Below, one piece after another: positions 1 to 9,423 of a stretch of DNA of 55,771 nucleotides. The DNA is from a virus (lineage: Duplodnaviria; Caudoviricetes): positions 1 through 55,771 of the IMG/VR virus record IMGVR_UViG_3300045971_000477; one strand, 5' to 3'. Every line of letters begins with the position of its first letter. The stretch's first letter is position 1. Under the pieces are notes generated by a model. That model saw nothing but the letters and a program-made list of their open reading frames with translations. It did no database searches and was not told where the DNA came from. Both the position numbers and the translations under genes were made by a program.

Positions 1-672
1 ATGAACTACCATATCTCAAAATGTTCGGAAAACGTCAAGACTGGCAGGATACTGGTAACATCGACCAGTTCGGATTCCTGTCCCCCATCGTGCCCGTTCA
101 GAATAACGGAATGCTACGGGAAAACTGGTCCGCTCAGTCTGCACTGGCGCAAGGTCGATTCCAAGAAATACGGCGCTACAACAATTGCTGATATTTGCCT
201 TGCTGTGGTATCGCTGGACCTCAATTCAATCTGGAGACACAACCAGGCTGGTGACCTACCGGGCAAAGGCGAGTATATTTCGCGGGTAGAGCTTGAAAAG
301 ATAGTCCAGGCGAATTACGGAAAGCGCGGATTTACGCATACGCACAAGCACAAGCTAGTGCGCAACCATGCAATAATCAAATCGGCAAACGACAATGGAT
401 TTGCGGTGAACCTTTCAGCAAACAACCTTACGCATGCGGATGAACTGCACGCATTGCAGATTGGGCCTGTTGTCGTTGTATTGCCGAGTGACGCACCTAA
501 GCGGCTCACAACGCCTAACGGTTTATCAATTATTACTTGTCCAGCAACATACAAGGAAGGATTCAACTGCAAAAAGTGTGGCATATGTGCCCGAATTGAT
601 AGGGAATTCATCGTTGGTTTTCCGGCCCATGGGGCCGCAAAACGCAAGGTTGACACTATAGCTAGAGGATAG
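1..672 (+). CDS. Cys-rich phage protein (gp88-like)
   Basis: 223 aa; N-x-K-T-G, CPPSCPF..CY, WRHNQAGD and C-terminal TCPA..CKKCGIC..GFPAHG motifs resemble phage gp88-like proteins; AATATATG leader lies at the window end. Confidence 0.6.
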   Translation: MNYHISKCSENVKTGRILVTSTSSDSCPPSCPFRITECYGKTGPLSLHWRKVDSKKYGATTIADICLAVVSLDLNSIWRHNQAGDLPGKGEYISRVELEKIVQANYGKRGFTHTHKHKLVRNHAIIKSANDNGFAVNLSANNLTHADELHALQIGPVVVVLPSDAPKRLTTPNGLSIITCPATYKEGFNCKKCGICARIDREFIVGFPAHGAAKRKVDTIARG

Positions 673-692
673 TCACCAATCGGCCCATACTC

Positions 693-728
693 AAAAGCCC
701 ATCAGACCGTTGGATCTGATGGGCTTTT
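693..728. terminator. Bidirectional rho-independent terminator
   Basis: AAAAGCCCATCAGA-ccgttgga-TCTGATGGGCTTTT, a perfect 14-bp inverted repeat just after gene 1. Confidence 0.85.
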
Positions 729-1041
729 CCCTTTCCCTCAATCCTCAATGGACGCATAAAGTCAACCAAACTTGAATTGAATATAACTGGTGTTGCGCGT
801 CCAACGTCAAACAATCAGGCATGATGACAGTAAGTTGTCGTTTGGTGAACGACAACCGACTGCAGTTGTGTCAAAAGTCAAGGCGGTATGCTATGTCGAA
901 ATCGTGGGAACGCTCTAGAATGCCCCAGGAACGGTCTTGAGGTGCGAACCATGTCAACGGAGCGGACTGGTGCGCGAAATCGATTCTAGAGCCCATTGCG
1001 CGCGATTGCGCCCCATTGTTACACAATGGGGGAGGCGAAAC

Positions 1042-1104
<63 letters not shown>

Positions 1105-1475
1105 TGCTCATGTGATCCTGGGCGGCGCACACATTGCCCACCACACACGGCCCCCACTTGCGCCGGCGACCGGACCCCTCTGCTCGATGTCCCGTTGCCC
1201 ATATCCCGCACGCTCACCGTTCCTCCGCCGGTTTCCATGGACGGTTTCCCTGGGCGTTTCTCGCCACGATTTCACCCCTGTTTTTCGAGGGAATTTTGAC
1301 CCGTAAAAAGAGGGTCAATTTTGAGGGCCGAAATCAGGTCAAAAAATGACCGCAGTTTAGGTGCCCACCCCCCCTCCCCCCGGGGGATGTGAGCTAGGCA
1401 TGGTGCCCACCCCCACCCCCGGTTTAGGGGTGACCGGGGGTGGCCAAAATTTTCTGGCCAGCAAAAAAACCAAAA

Positions 1476-2024
1476 TTGCCAAAACCACCAGCCTGACTCA
1501 TTCTTAGACACTATTTCACAAAATGTTTTTCTAAATTTGTCATTTTTCAGATCACGCGAAAGTACAGTGAACTGCTGTACTTAAGCGTGATTTCTCGGGG
1601 AGGGTCAAAAACACCCTCGTAAAAAGTCGGAAAAAAGCGAGAAATCGGCAAAACATTTTATGAAATAGTGTCTAGAAGCCGGACAGATTGAGACTTTTGG
1701 CATTTGCCCACCTCGCGCTGTCCAATGAAGTCTGGCCAGAAGTGACCATGGTGGGCCCCCAGAAGAGCCCAATACCAAAGGGTCCGCAGTGCGGTTTTTT
1801 ATGGGCGATGTGTGTAATTCCCTTTATTTTCTTAAGAAAAGATCAAAAATATAGTACAGCAAACCACTGTACTATACTGTAGAACACCCTCTCCACACCA
1901 CCAGCAGCATCGAAACGAGCAACTTTACACATTTGTCTGAAAAAACCACCCTTAAACCCTTATAACCACAACCACTTCCAGTGGGCCCACCATGGTCGTT
2001 TCTGTCCAGACTCGTCTGGACAGC
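1476..2024. other. Non-coding region of nested long inverted repeats (structured RNA or origin candidate)
   Basis: IR 1505-1529/1650-1674 (1 mismatch); imperfect IR 1717-1758/1983-2024; inner stems 1551-1591 and 1793-1817/1925-1947; AGTACAG-N7-CTGTACT at 1561-1581 and 1853-1873. Confidence 0.7.
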
Positions 2025-2704
2025 AAGTTAAACAACCTTTCCTAATGGCCTCTCTCTACCCGTGCCCCCCTGGGCATCCACGCCAACCGCCCTAGAATCC
2101 CCCACAATCGTCCGCGTCATCATTCCGCTCTGGTATCCCGCCCCACCCCACGGAACGCCCCACAACCCACCCCTTGTGCGTGGGATGGGCATTTGGGTCA
2201 CCCATCCCCCGAACACCCTTTAATTGTCCGGGGGCGTTCCCTCCCTGGGCAATTTCCCATAGTCCACCATACATGGTGCCCTGCTACGGGGGGTGATGTG
2301 GGCAATTCTCCCCCTCCAATCACGCCCCATAAATCCCGCCGCAAATCCTCCCTCATTTTCCCCCTCAAAAACCCCCTCTAAATTGCCCCTATTTCCGCCC
2401 CTATTTCCTCCCCCCTTTTCCGGTGGGCCACTCCTCCCCTCATTCCCACCCCCCAAAGCCCCCCGTGTCCCATGTCGAGGTGGGCAACGTCCATAAGCCA
2501 CATGTCGAGGCGGGCAACCGTCCATCACCCCTCGAAATCCGGCACCCCACTCCCCTTACATATAGCATCACCCATCCATTCACCATCGTTTCGTCATATA
2601 ACCAAGGCCCCTATTGTCAAACAACCTTTCACCATTCCCACCCAACTAAATCAGCCTTTTCTGCACAAAATCACCATTTTTATCAAAAACTGCAAAACTT
2701 TTTG

Positions 2705-2733
2705 TTGCAGGAAGAGACACTGTGGGCTAATCT
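2705..2733 (+). promoter_or_regulatory. sigma70-type early promoter
   Basis: TTGCAG-N17-TAATCT with an A-rich upstream tract; similar copy at ~55015-55061. Confidence 0.6.
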
Positions 2734-2780
2734 TATTTCGTTGGCAGAGAAGACCAACGGGAAACGGAAAAACAAAATAT

Positions 2781-3047
2781 ATGAGAAAAATAAACGTGGA
2801 ATTACCGGCACATGTGCGAGGCGCTCTGAAATACGGCGCGAACTGCTACGGCGAAATCAAGGTGAAGATCCGCGAGGAAGGGACGGATTACGCTTATGGC
2901 TACGCCCAATGCGGAGCGGAATGGTTCGTTGGTCAGAATGGGGGGCGGTCGGTCTCGGGCAAAGCGTGCGAAATCTTGGGTGGGTCGGCGTTGTGCTATC
3001 TGGAAATCCCCGCGGATTCCATCGTCGTGCTATCGGAGGCCCAATAA
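2781..3047 (+). CDS. Hypothetical early protein (88 aa)
   Basis: Start moved to the ATG after the AAAATAT leader; first gene after the promoter. Confidence 0.7.
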   Translation: MRKINVELPAHVRGALKYGANCYGEIKVKIREEGTDYAYGYAQCGAEWFVGQNGGRSVSGKACEILGGSALCYLEIPADSIVVLSEAQ

Positions 3048-3133
3048 ATGTCCTCCCTGCGGTATGTGCCTGTTTCGGGGTGCATCCCAATCAGGTGGTG
3101 ATGGGCTAAATCAACCCTCAACTTAATCAATAT

Positions 3134-3415
3134 ATGTCAACAAAATTCAAAATCACAGGCGGTAAAAAAGGTTTCATCCGTGCAATTGAGGCGGCATTCG
3201 CCTCCAAGGTTAGCGACCCCACGGTGCGCTATAGCCACGCAAGGGGGTTCCACGTTGAGCCACAAACGACCCCTGCGGACGGTGACATGCTGTGGCAAGG
3301 GTGGGCATATTACCGTCCGGGCGTGTTGAGGAATGTCCGTTCCCTGCGCCCATGTCATTGGGCGGATGTCCGGCAGTCCATCCGGTGGGCCCATGAGAAC
3401 AATGTGGTAGGCTAG
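3134..3415 (+). CDS. Hypothetical early protein
   Basis: 93 aa; AATATATG leader. Confidence 0.7.
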   Translation: MSTKFKITGGKKGFIRAIEAAFASKVSDPTVRYSHARGFHVEPQTTPADGDMLWQGWAYYRPGVLRNVRSLRPCHWADVRQSIRWAHENNVVG

Positions 3416-3444
3416 TTCAACAATTCAACATTCAATATATATAT

Positions 3445-3651
3445 ATGACAAACAAATACAAAGCCCATTGTGCCGACTGCGGCAAGGAAGTCCCGGCGCG
3501 CATGGGCACGCTAAGCAAAGAAGGCCGGCGGTGGGCTGTGCGGTGCACGGATTGCAGCACGGTGAGCATGCGGAGGGATCGGTTTGACACGGAGTTGGAA
3601 GACCGCATGGCGGAAGCGTGCGGGTTGGGCATGGGCAATGAGAGGTGGTAG
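3445..3651 (+). CDS. Small putative Zn-binding protein
   Basis: CADC...CTDC motifs; AATATATATATG leader. Confidence 0.7.
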   Translation: MTNKYKAHCADCGKEVPARMGTLSKEGRRWAVRCTDCSTVSMRRDRFDTELEDRMAEACGLGMGNERW

Positions 3652-3724
3652 GCTAAAGTCCCCTGCCCCCCTGGTCCCGGTCCACTTGACCGGAGCCAGT
3701 AGGCAGTGAACAAGTAACCAAAAT

Positions 3725-4030
3725 ATGAAAACACAAGAGACGACATCGGGGCAGATAATCATTGAGCAGTTGGGCGGGAACAGGTTTCGCGCCATGACGG
3801 GGGCAAGGCACTTTGTTTTTGATGACGTGGGGCAATCCCTGACGTTCCGGTTGCCCTGGCCGGGCATCAATTTTGTCCGGGTGACCCTGACCCCGGCGGA
3901 CCTTTACGACATGGAATTTTTCAAGGTTCGGGGTTTATCCCTGACTTTGAAAGCACGGGAGGTGGGCATTTACTGGGATCGGCTGCAGGCGGTCTTTACG
4001 GCGAACACCGGGCTTGATACGCACCTTTAA
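3725..4030 (+). CDS. Conserved phage hypothetical protein
   Basis: IIEQLGGNRFRAMTGA...DLYDMEF...FTANTGL, a pattern typical of a widespread phage early-gene family. Confidence 0.75.
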   Translation: MKTQETTSGQIIIEQLGGNRFRAMTGARHFVFDDVGQSLTFRLPWPGINFVRVTLTPADLYDMEFFKVRGLSLTLKAREVGIYWDRLQAVFTANTGLDTHL

Positions 4031-4053
4031 TTTGGTTAACGAATAAAAATATT

Positions 4054-4410
4054 ATGATGACACCGGAAGCGAAGAACATTGCGCGGGAAACCCGGGCGGA
4101 GAGGATACTGGAGGGGGAACATGTTGCGGGTGTGCCCTTGCAGGCGTGGCATGTGGGCGAAACACCGTGTGCATGGGTGACGGGGGAGACCCCGGACGTG
4201 GATATTTTGACGGTGGGGGGGGTGCCCCGCCTTGCCATTCGCCGGGTGGCGGACGGGTGGGCGGTGAACACGGCAGGGCGGGCAACGGTGCGTTGGGACG
4301 GCGGGCGGGGCGCAATGGTGCTACATGCCGGGGAGAGTATCCTGGCGGGCGTGTTTGAAACTTATTTCAGGGCGAAAGTCCAGGCCGAGAAAATGACGGT
4401 ATGCCGGTAA
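4054..4410 (+). CDS. Hypothetical early protein
   Basis: 118 aa; AT-rich leader; operon context. Confidence 0.65.
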   Translation: MMTPEAKNIARETRAERILEGEHVAGVPLQAWHVGETPCAWVTGETPDVDILTVGGVPRLAIRRVADGWAVNTAGRATVRWDGGRGAMVLHAGESILAGVFETYFRAKVQAEKMTVCR

Positions 4411-4468
4411 AGCAGTCCCCCGGGGGGGGCGGCAGCGGATTGCTGCACGAATCAACGAATCAACAAAT

Positions 4469-4822
4469 ATGAAATCGAAATACAAAATCGGTTGGATTGG
4501 CATCAGGGTGGGCAAGTTGCTTGAGGGTTACGGTTGGATGCGGTTGGATCCTGCGTCCCCGAACAACCGGGATGGGTTTGACTGGGCCATGCCCAGCCAG
4601 ACGCGCAATGGGTTCCTTGAGACTGATTGGCGCAAGCTGGCGCGGCAGGTTACGGGCACCCTCGAGCGGTTGGCGGAGTTGCGGAAGCTACGTCCCGCCC
4701 CCACCCCCCGGGAGGTGATGGGCAACGTGGAACGGGCGCGGTTGGGGGGGGTGTCCAAGTCCCCGGCCAAAGGGGCAGCGAGCAGGAAGAATGGGTTGAA
4801 GGGTGGGAGGAACCAAATATGA
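4469..4822 (+). CDS. Hypothetical protein with basic C-terminal motif (possible DNA binding)
   Basis: Ends LGGVSKSPAKGAASRKNGLKGGR; AAATATG leader. Confidence 0.7.
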   Translation: MKSKYKIGWIGIRVGKLLEGYGWMRLDPASPNNRDGFDWAMPSQTRNGFLETDWRKLARQVTGTLERLAELRKLRPAPTPREVMGNVERARLGGVSKSPAKGAASRKNGLKGGRNQI

Positions 4823-5175
4823 ACCTTTGCAACCATGCCTGGACCGTGGACCGGACCACGCCCGGGGGAGAGTTGGAGTTGGAAGGATTCAGGCGGAAGG
4901 ACACGGCGATGCAGTATGCCCTCGAGCGCGGGGGCGCGGTGCGAAAGTCAACGGTGTATGATATCGGGCACTATCGTTGCGAGGAACTGGCGAGGAAGGT
5001 CGCCAGTCTGATTGCGGAAGACCTGGACAGGCGAGGCTGTGCGATAGGGGCGTTGCAGATGGGCGTGGTGGTTACCATGCTAAAGGATGCGGTGGAGGAA
5101 GCGACATGCCATTTCTGGGATGGCTTTGATACCCCCCGGGAGATGGGATGGGTGGGAGATGATGGTAACCCTTGA
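4819..5175 (+). CDS. Hypothetical early protein
   Basis: Start MNLCNHAW at an ATGA overlap with the upstream gene. Confidence 0.65.
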   Translation: MNLCNHAWTVDRTTPGGELELEGFRRKDTAMQYALERGGAVRKSTVYDIGHYRCEELARKVASLIAEDLDRRGCAIGALQMGVVVTMLKDAVEEATCHFWDGFDTPREMGWVGDDGNP

Positions 5176-5242
5176 CACCCTACCCCGGTGGGCCACCCCC
5201 CCCGGGGCAGCAGTCAGTGGTTAAATCAACAGCAATAAAATT

Positions 5243-6358
5243 ATGATTACAATAGATCAACAGAACAAGGCACTGGTGGAATTCATCGTCAAGCAGGCGG
5301 ACAGGCGGAACCCGCTTGTGGAAGTCTGGCAGAGCGAGGAGTCCATCACCATCAATGCTGGACTGGCGCGGGTTACCTTCCTGGCCCCCTGGTTGGAGAA
5401 CGGTGAGAACTTCGAGAGGGTCACCATCCCCGCGAGGGTTCTTAAGGGGTTGCCTGTCTCCCTGGTGGACTTTGGGGACGGCGAAACCCGGGTGACCTAC
5501 CCGGAGGGGTTGGTTATGCACCAATACAGCGCACACCTCGAGATGCCCCCCGGGGCGAATAGGGAGGGTGGGCTACTGGGTAGCCTGACCATGCCACCAT
5601 CGTTCCTGGAAGCACTGGGCAACGTGGCGCCTGCGGCGAGCAAGGCGGACACGCGATACATTTTGCAGGGGGTCAATGTCCAGGCAACCTTTGACGGGCT
5701 AAAGCTGGCGGCTTGTGATGGGCGTATGCTGCGGGTCGTGCACATCCCGACACGGGCGGAGGGTCCAAAGCCCAACCTAACCATCCCATCCCCGCTTGTG
5801 GCCCAGCTGCTGAAGCTTCCTGCGAGCATCAAGAAAGATTGCGTCATCCAGATGGGTTGGGGCGAAAAGTTCGTGACCTTCGAGGTGCATGCGCGGGTGG
5901 GCGCAGTCCAGCTCGAGGCGGGCATACTTGAGTGGCCCGGCGACACGGCAACTAGGCAGAGTTATCCTGATTACGGCGTAGTCACCCCCGCCCCCGGGGA
6001 CATGCCGATTACCGTGACGGTGGATGCCAAGTCCCTGAGCAACGCACTGGAGGCGATCAAGCCTGCTTGGTGCGAGACAACCACCGCCACCCGCGGCATC
6101 ATGCTGCGCCTTGATGCGGCAGGGGATTCCGGTGCCCTGCACGTTGAGGGTGTGGGCAATTCCACGATCCTTGTGCCTACGATCAAGGAGCCGTCCGCCG
6201 CCCTGAGCGTCGCATTTGATCCCCAGTGGCTCCTGACCCTGCTGGGCACCTACCGTGGGGCGGTGACGCTCCGGTTCAAGGACGAACTGACTCCGTGCCT
6301 GATGGGCCGGGAGGAAATGACAGATTATGCGGTTTTGATGCCTTGCAGGTTGGCTTGA
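5243..6358 (+). CDS. dnaN: DNA polymerase III beta sliding clamp-like protein
   Basis: 371 aa; ASKADTRYILQGV...LAACDGRML, YPDY, AFDPQWLL and C-terminal AVLMPCRL match beta-clamp motifs; N-terminus divergent. Confidence 0.75.
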   Translation: MITIDQQNKALVEFIVKQADRRNPLVEVWQSEESITINAGLARVTFLAPWLENGENFERVTIPARVLKGLPVSLVDFGDGETRVTYPEGLVMHQYSAHLEMPPGANREGGLLGSLTMPPSFLEALGNVAPAASKADTRYILQGVNVQATFDGLKLAACDGRMLRVVHIPTRAEGPKPNLTIPSPLVAQLLKLPASIKKDCVIQMGWGEKFVTFEVHARVGAVQLEAGILEWPGDTATRQSYPDYGVVTPAPGDMPITVTVDAKSLSNALEAIKPAWCETTTATRGIMLRLDAAGDSGALHVEGVGNSTILVPTIKEPSAALSVAFDPQWLLTLLGTYRGAVTLRFKDELTPCLMGREEMTDYAVLMPCRLA

Positions 6359-6504
6359 CACCCACCCCCGGTCATGGCAGGTTGACCCTGCGCTGAACAC
6401 GCAATGAAAGAGACAATCAAAATTTACAGCCGTCTGACCGCATTGGGGCGATGTCTCTTGCCCTGTTCACCTTGCGCCGGACGGTTGTTTTGTTTTGTGA
6501 ACGA

Positions 6505-7299
6505 ATGAAAACCAGTGGAATTATCATGGGCGTTGGAGCACCCAACCTGTGCCGGGATGGGCGGAAGACAATGTGCGCAATCATCCTGTCTGAACAAATG
6601 GGACTGATTCGAGTGTATCCGATTGACGGTGCGGCATACTTTCCGTTGTGGGCCAATGTGGATCTGGAGATAGAGACATCCCCCGGGGATGCACGCCGGG
6701 AAAGTTACAGGCTGATTTCATTTGCTGTCGGGAATCGGATGGAGGACGCCGCCATGAAGAGGGACTTGCTCGAGGCGTGCGTGCTCAAGAGTGGCAACCA
6801 AGATCCCATAGCCTACCAGAACAGCCGGCGGAAGAGCATCGCGCTGGTGCGTATGGCGTGGGGTGATCTGGAGGCAACGCTATCCCAGCGAGTGCCGGAG
6901 GTGCCCGGGGACGATGAGGAATGCGGTTGGGTTACCACCCAGGGGATGCACTGGAACAAGCCGTATTTGTCGTGGACAAGCTTACAAGGCGGCACTCACA
7001 AGACCCATTTGGTTGGCAGGGAGATTTACGAGGGCTTGCGGCATAACCCGCAGACGGCATGGCGCATATTCGAGAACATCCGGGTGAGTGACCCGGAGTG
7101 GGATGTGTGGTTGTTGCTGGGCAACATGAAGACCCGGCCCAATGTCTGGGTGTGCCCACATGTGCATAGATTGAAGCGTAAGGCAGCGGGGTATACCCCC
7201 GGGATATTTCCTTCCCGCGACGATGCGTGGCCGTATCAGGAACAGGAAGGCGTGAACACGGTTAAACCGGAAAATCAGTATTCGTTGGCATTACTATGA
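6505..7299 (+). CDS. Dual-OB-fold-like protein
   Basis: N-terminal ..P...G..TMCA.....LIRVYPI..F..W..V......D.R.ES pattern. Confidence 0.5.
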   Translation: MKTSGIIMGVGAPNLCRDGRKTMCAIILSEQMGLIRVYPIDGAAYFPLWANVDLEIETSPGDARRESYRLISFAVGNRMEDAAMKRDLLEACVLKSGNQDPIAYQNSRRKSIALVRMAWGDLEATLSQRVPEVPGDDEECGWVTTQGMHWNKPYLSWTSLQGGTHKTHLVGREIYEGLRHNPQTAWRIFENIRVSDPEWDVWLLLGNMKTRPNVWVCPHVHRLKRKAAGYTPGIFPSRDDAWPYQEQEGVNTVKPENQYSLALL

Positions 7300-8195
7300 A
7301 CAAGCATAAATTCAACATATTCCCAGAGGCAAAAGCGGAGGACTACAACAGGCTTCGTGACGACATTCTGGAGAACGGTTACGACAAGAAGCGTCCGGTG
7401 ACCCTCTACCAGGGGGACGTTCTGGACGGGTGGAACAGGCAGCGTGCGTGTGATGAGATTGGCATCTGCCCAAGCTACGAGCAGTTTGTGGGGGACGATT
7501 CTGCGGCGGTTGCGTTTGTGATGCGGACAAACAAGCGGCGCAACCTGAACAGTGGGCAGTGGGCTACTGTGGCCGTGGAGGCAGAGGCCGTGATGGAGGC
7601 AATCAAGGCGATGGTGGAGAAGGAAGCCTCTGCCAAACGGTCTGCGGCAACCACGGCACAGAATCTCGGTGGTGGACAAAATTGTCCACCACCGAAACAG
7701 GACACACCAAACCACACTGCCCCCAAACTGGCATCTGCATTCAATACCAGCGCGACATACGTCAAGCAGGCGACCAAGATCAAGGCTGCTGCCCCGGAGA
7801 TGTTTGAGAAGGTGAAGTCTGGGCACATGACCATGCAGGACGCCGCAAAGGCCGTCAGGGCCATTCCGACCAACCCGTGGCTACCAGATGAGGAGGAGCG
7901 GAAGGCGCAGGTGCTGGCGGGGCGCACAGTGGTTGCAAATGCGGAACGGTGCAAGAACCTAATCCAGTGGGCAGAGTCCAAGGGATTGGCCGTCCGGGTG
8001 GACCGTGGGACCGACTTTGGCAACCCGTTCATCCTTGGCCCGGACGGCACACGGGACGAGGTTTGCGACAAGTATCGCGATCACTACCTGCCATTCAAGC
8101 CGTCCATCCAGAAGCAGAGGCTGGCACTGGTGGGCAAGGTGCTTATTTGCCACTGCTACCCAGAACGATGTCACGGGATGGATCTCGAAAAATAA
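7296..8195 (+). CDS. ParB-like N-terminal domain fused to DUF4326
   Basis: N-term L.DDI.ENG...PV..Y.G.VLDGWNR.RAC..NKRRNL; C-term VDRGTDFGNPF..GTRDEVC..Y..L.GKVLICHCYPERCHG. Confidence 0.8.
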   Translation: MNKHKFNIFPEAKAEDYNRLRDDILENGYDKKRPVTLYQGDVLDGWNRQRACDEIGICPSYEQFVGDDSAAVAFVMRTNKRRNLNSGQWATVAVEAEAVMEAIKAMVEKEASAKRSAATTAQNLGGGQNCPPPKQDTPNHTAPKLASAFNTSATYVKQATKIKAAAPEMFEKVKSGHMTMQDAAKAVRAIPTNPWLPDEEERKAQVLAGRTVVANAERCKNLIQWAESKGLAVRVDRGTDFGNPFILGPDGTRDEVCDKYRDHYLPFKPSIQKQRLALVGKVLICHCYPERCHGMDLEK

Positions 8196-8239
8196 ATCTT
8201 CACCACCTACAAAACCTCGACAACCCCCCCGTAAAACAT

Positions 8240-8268
8240 TTGACAGTCCCCGCAAAACATTATATGCT
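8240..8268 (+). promoter_or_regulatory. Near-consensus sigma70 promoter
   Basis: TTGACA-N17-TATGCT; ATG at 8277 would be essentially leaderless. Confidence 0.8.
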
Positions 8269-8276
8269 TCCTACAT

Positions 8277-8540
8277 ATGTCAGTCATAAACACATCTGCA
8301 ATGACCTGGAACGACACGGCGCGGGCGTTCGGTGTTCGGGCGTCGAAGATCCCCCGGTGGCCGGACCCGCCCCCGGAGTTGCTGATGGTCATCAGCGAGC
8401 GGACAGGCAACGTGGTCCAATACAAGCTGGACTGTGCCACCGTGGGTGGCATGGACATTGTGCTGGGCTGGACGTATCGGCCCGGGGCGGATGCCCCTGG
8501 GTCAATTGCGGATACCAGAGTGCTGGTGGACAATAGTTAA
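8277..8540 (+). CDS. Hypothetical protein
   Basis: 87 aa directly after the promoter. Confidence 0.65.
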   Translation: MSVINTSAMTWNDTARAFGVRASKIPRWPDPPPELLMVISERTGNVVQYKLDCATVGGMDIVLGWTYRPGADAPGSIADTRVLVDNS

Positions 8541-8670
8541 CAACCCATTTTCCCCGGGCGGCGGCCAAAGCGGATCCCTAGCCGCGCATCAATTCAGAAT
8601 ACCCAAACAAGTTGCTGGCTTCCATACCCCGCCCGGGGGACAATTTCAACAAATCACAAAGGAGTAATTT

Positions 8671-8817
8671 ATGCACATACAACCATCGGACATTAACATA
8701 GCCTGGATGGGAGTGGGCATCGCCATCGGCGGCATCATTTCCATCATCGTTTTAGCATTTAACAAATGGGCGCACGCCCGAATCGAAAAGGACAATAACA
8801 ATGACGACAGCAACTAA
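8671..8817 (+). CDS. Small single-pass membrane protein (48 aa; not in ORF track)
   Basis: AAAGGAG SD upstream; MHIQPSDINIAWMGVGIAIGGIISIIVLAFNKW... Confidence 0.6.
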   Translation: MHIQPSDINIAWMGVGIAIGGIISIIVLAFNKWAHARIEKDNNNDDSN

Positions 8818-9124
8818 AACACCCCCCATCAACGACATCATCCCCAAGAACTACATTGACGCCTACGTCACCGGTTCGCGGGAGGTTCAGGTGGAAGCCT
8901 GCGGGGAGACCCTGCACGTTAACATTGAGACGGGCGTTCCTGTGACGCCCAAGGGTGCCTGGGGGCGCGGCGCGGTCATCAGGCAGATGAAGGTGGGCGA
9001 ATCCATCGTGGTGCCATTGAACGAACGGACGGGGTTCACGGCGCATGGCAAGAGCCAGGGGATCACGCTCATCTCCCGGCGGGTCGAGAAGACTGACACG
9101 GTCAGGATCTGGAGGACCGCATGA
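8801..9124 (+). CDS. Putative small DNA-binding protein
   Basis: IETGVPV..G....MKVGESIVV....TVRIWRT pattern common in phage proteins. Confidence 0.65.
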   Translation: MTTATKTPPINDIIPKNYIDAYVTGSREVQVEACGETLHVNIETGVPVTPKGAWGRGAVIRQMKVGESIVVPLNERTGFTAHGKSQGITLISRRVEKTDTVRIWRTA

Positions 9125-9423
9125 GCATGAAAGTGACTGAGTGGGTTATGTATGGTCCCGTGGAGGTTCAGGTCACGGCGGAGGCGGATCCGCACACGAA
9201 CGAGATCGTGGACGGCCCTTACTGCGCTTTGACGGGCGACCTGTTGTGCAGGGACGTGGCAAACGACCTTTTTAAGAAGCCGTTTCTGGCCCTCGACACG
9301 GAGGCCACAAAACGGGTCAACAACATCGTGCTGGGCATCGAGGAACTGAGCCAATTCCACAGGTTCAGCGGTGCGGCACTGGATCAGGCACGGGATACGT
9401 GGGAAGAGCGAGGTGGGCAATGA
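9121..9423 (+). CDS. Hypothetical protein
   Basis: 100 aa; ATGA overlaps on both sides. Confidence 0.7.
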   Translation: MSMKVTEWVMYGPVEVQVTAEADPHTNEIVDGPYCALTGDLLCRDVANDLFKKPFLALDTEATKRVNNIVLGIEELSQFHRFSGAALDQARDTWEERGGQ

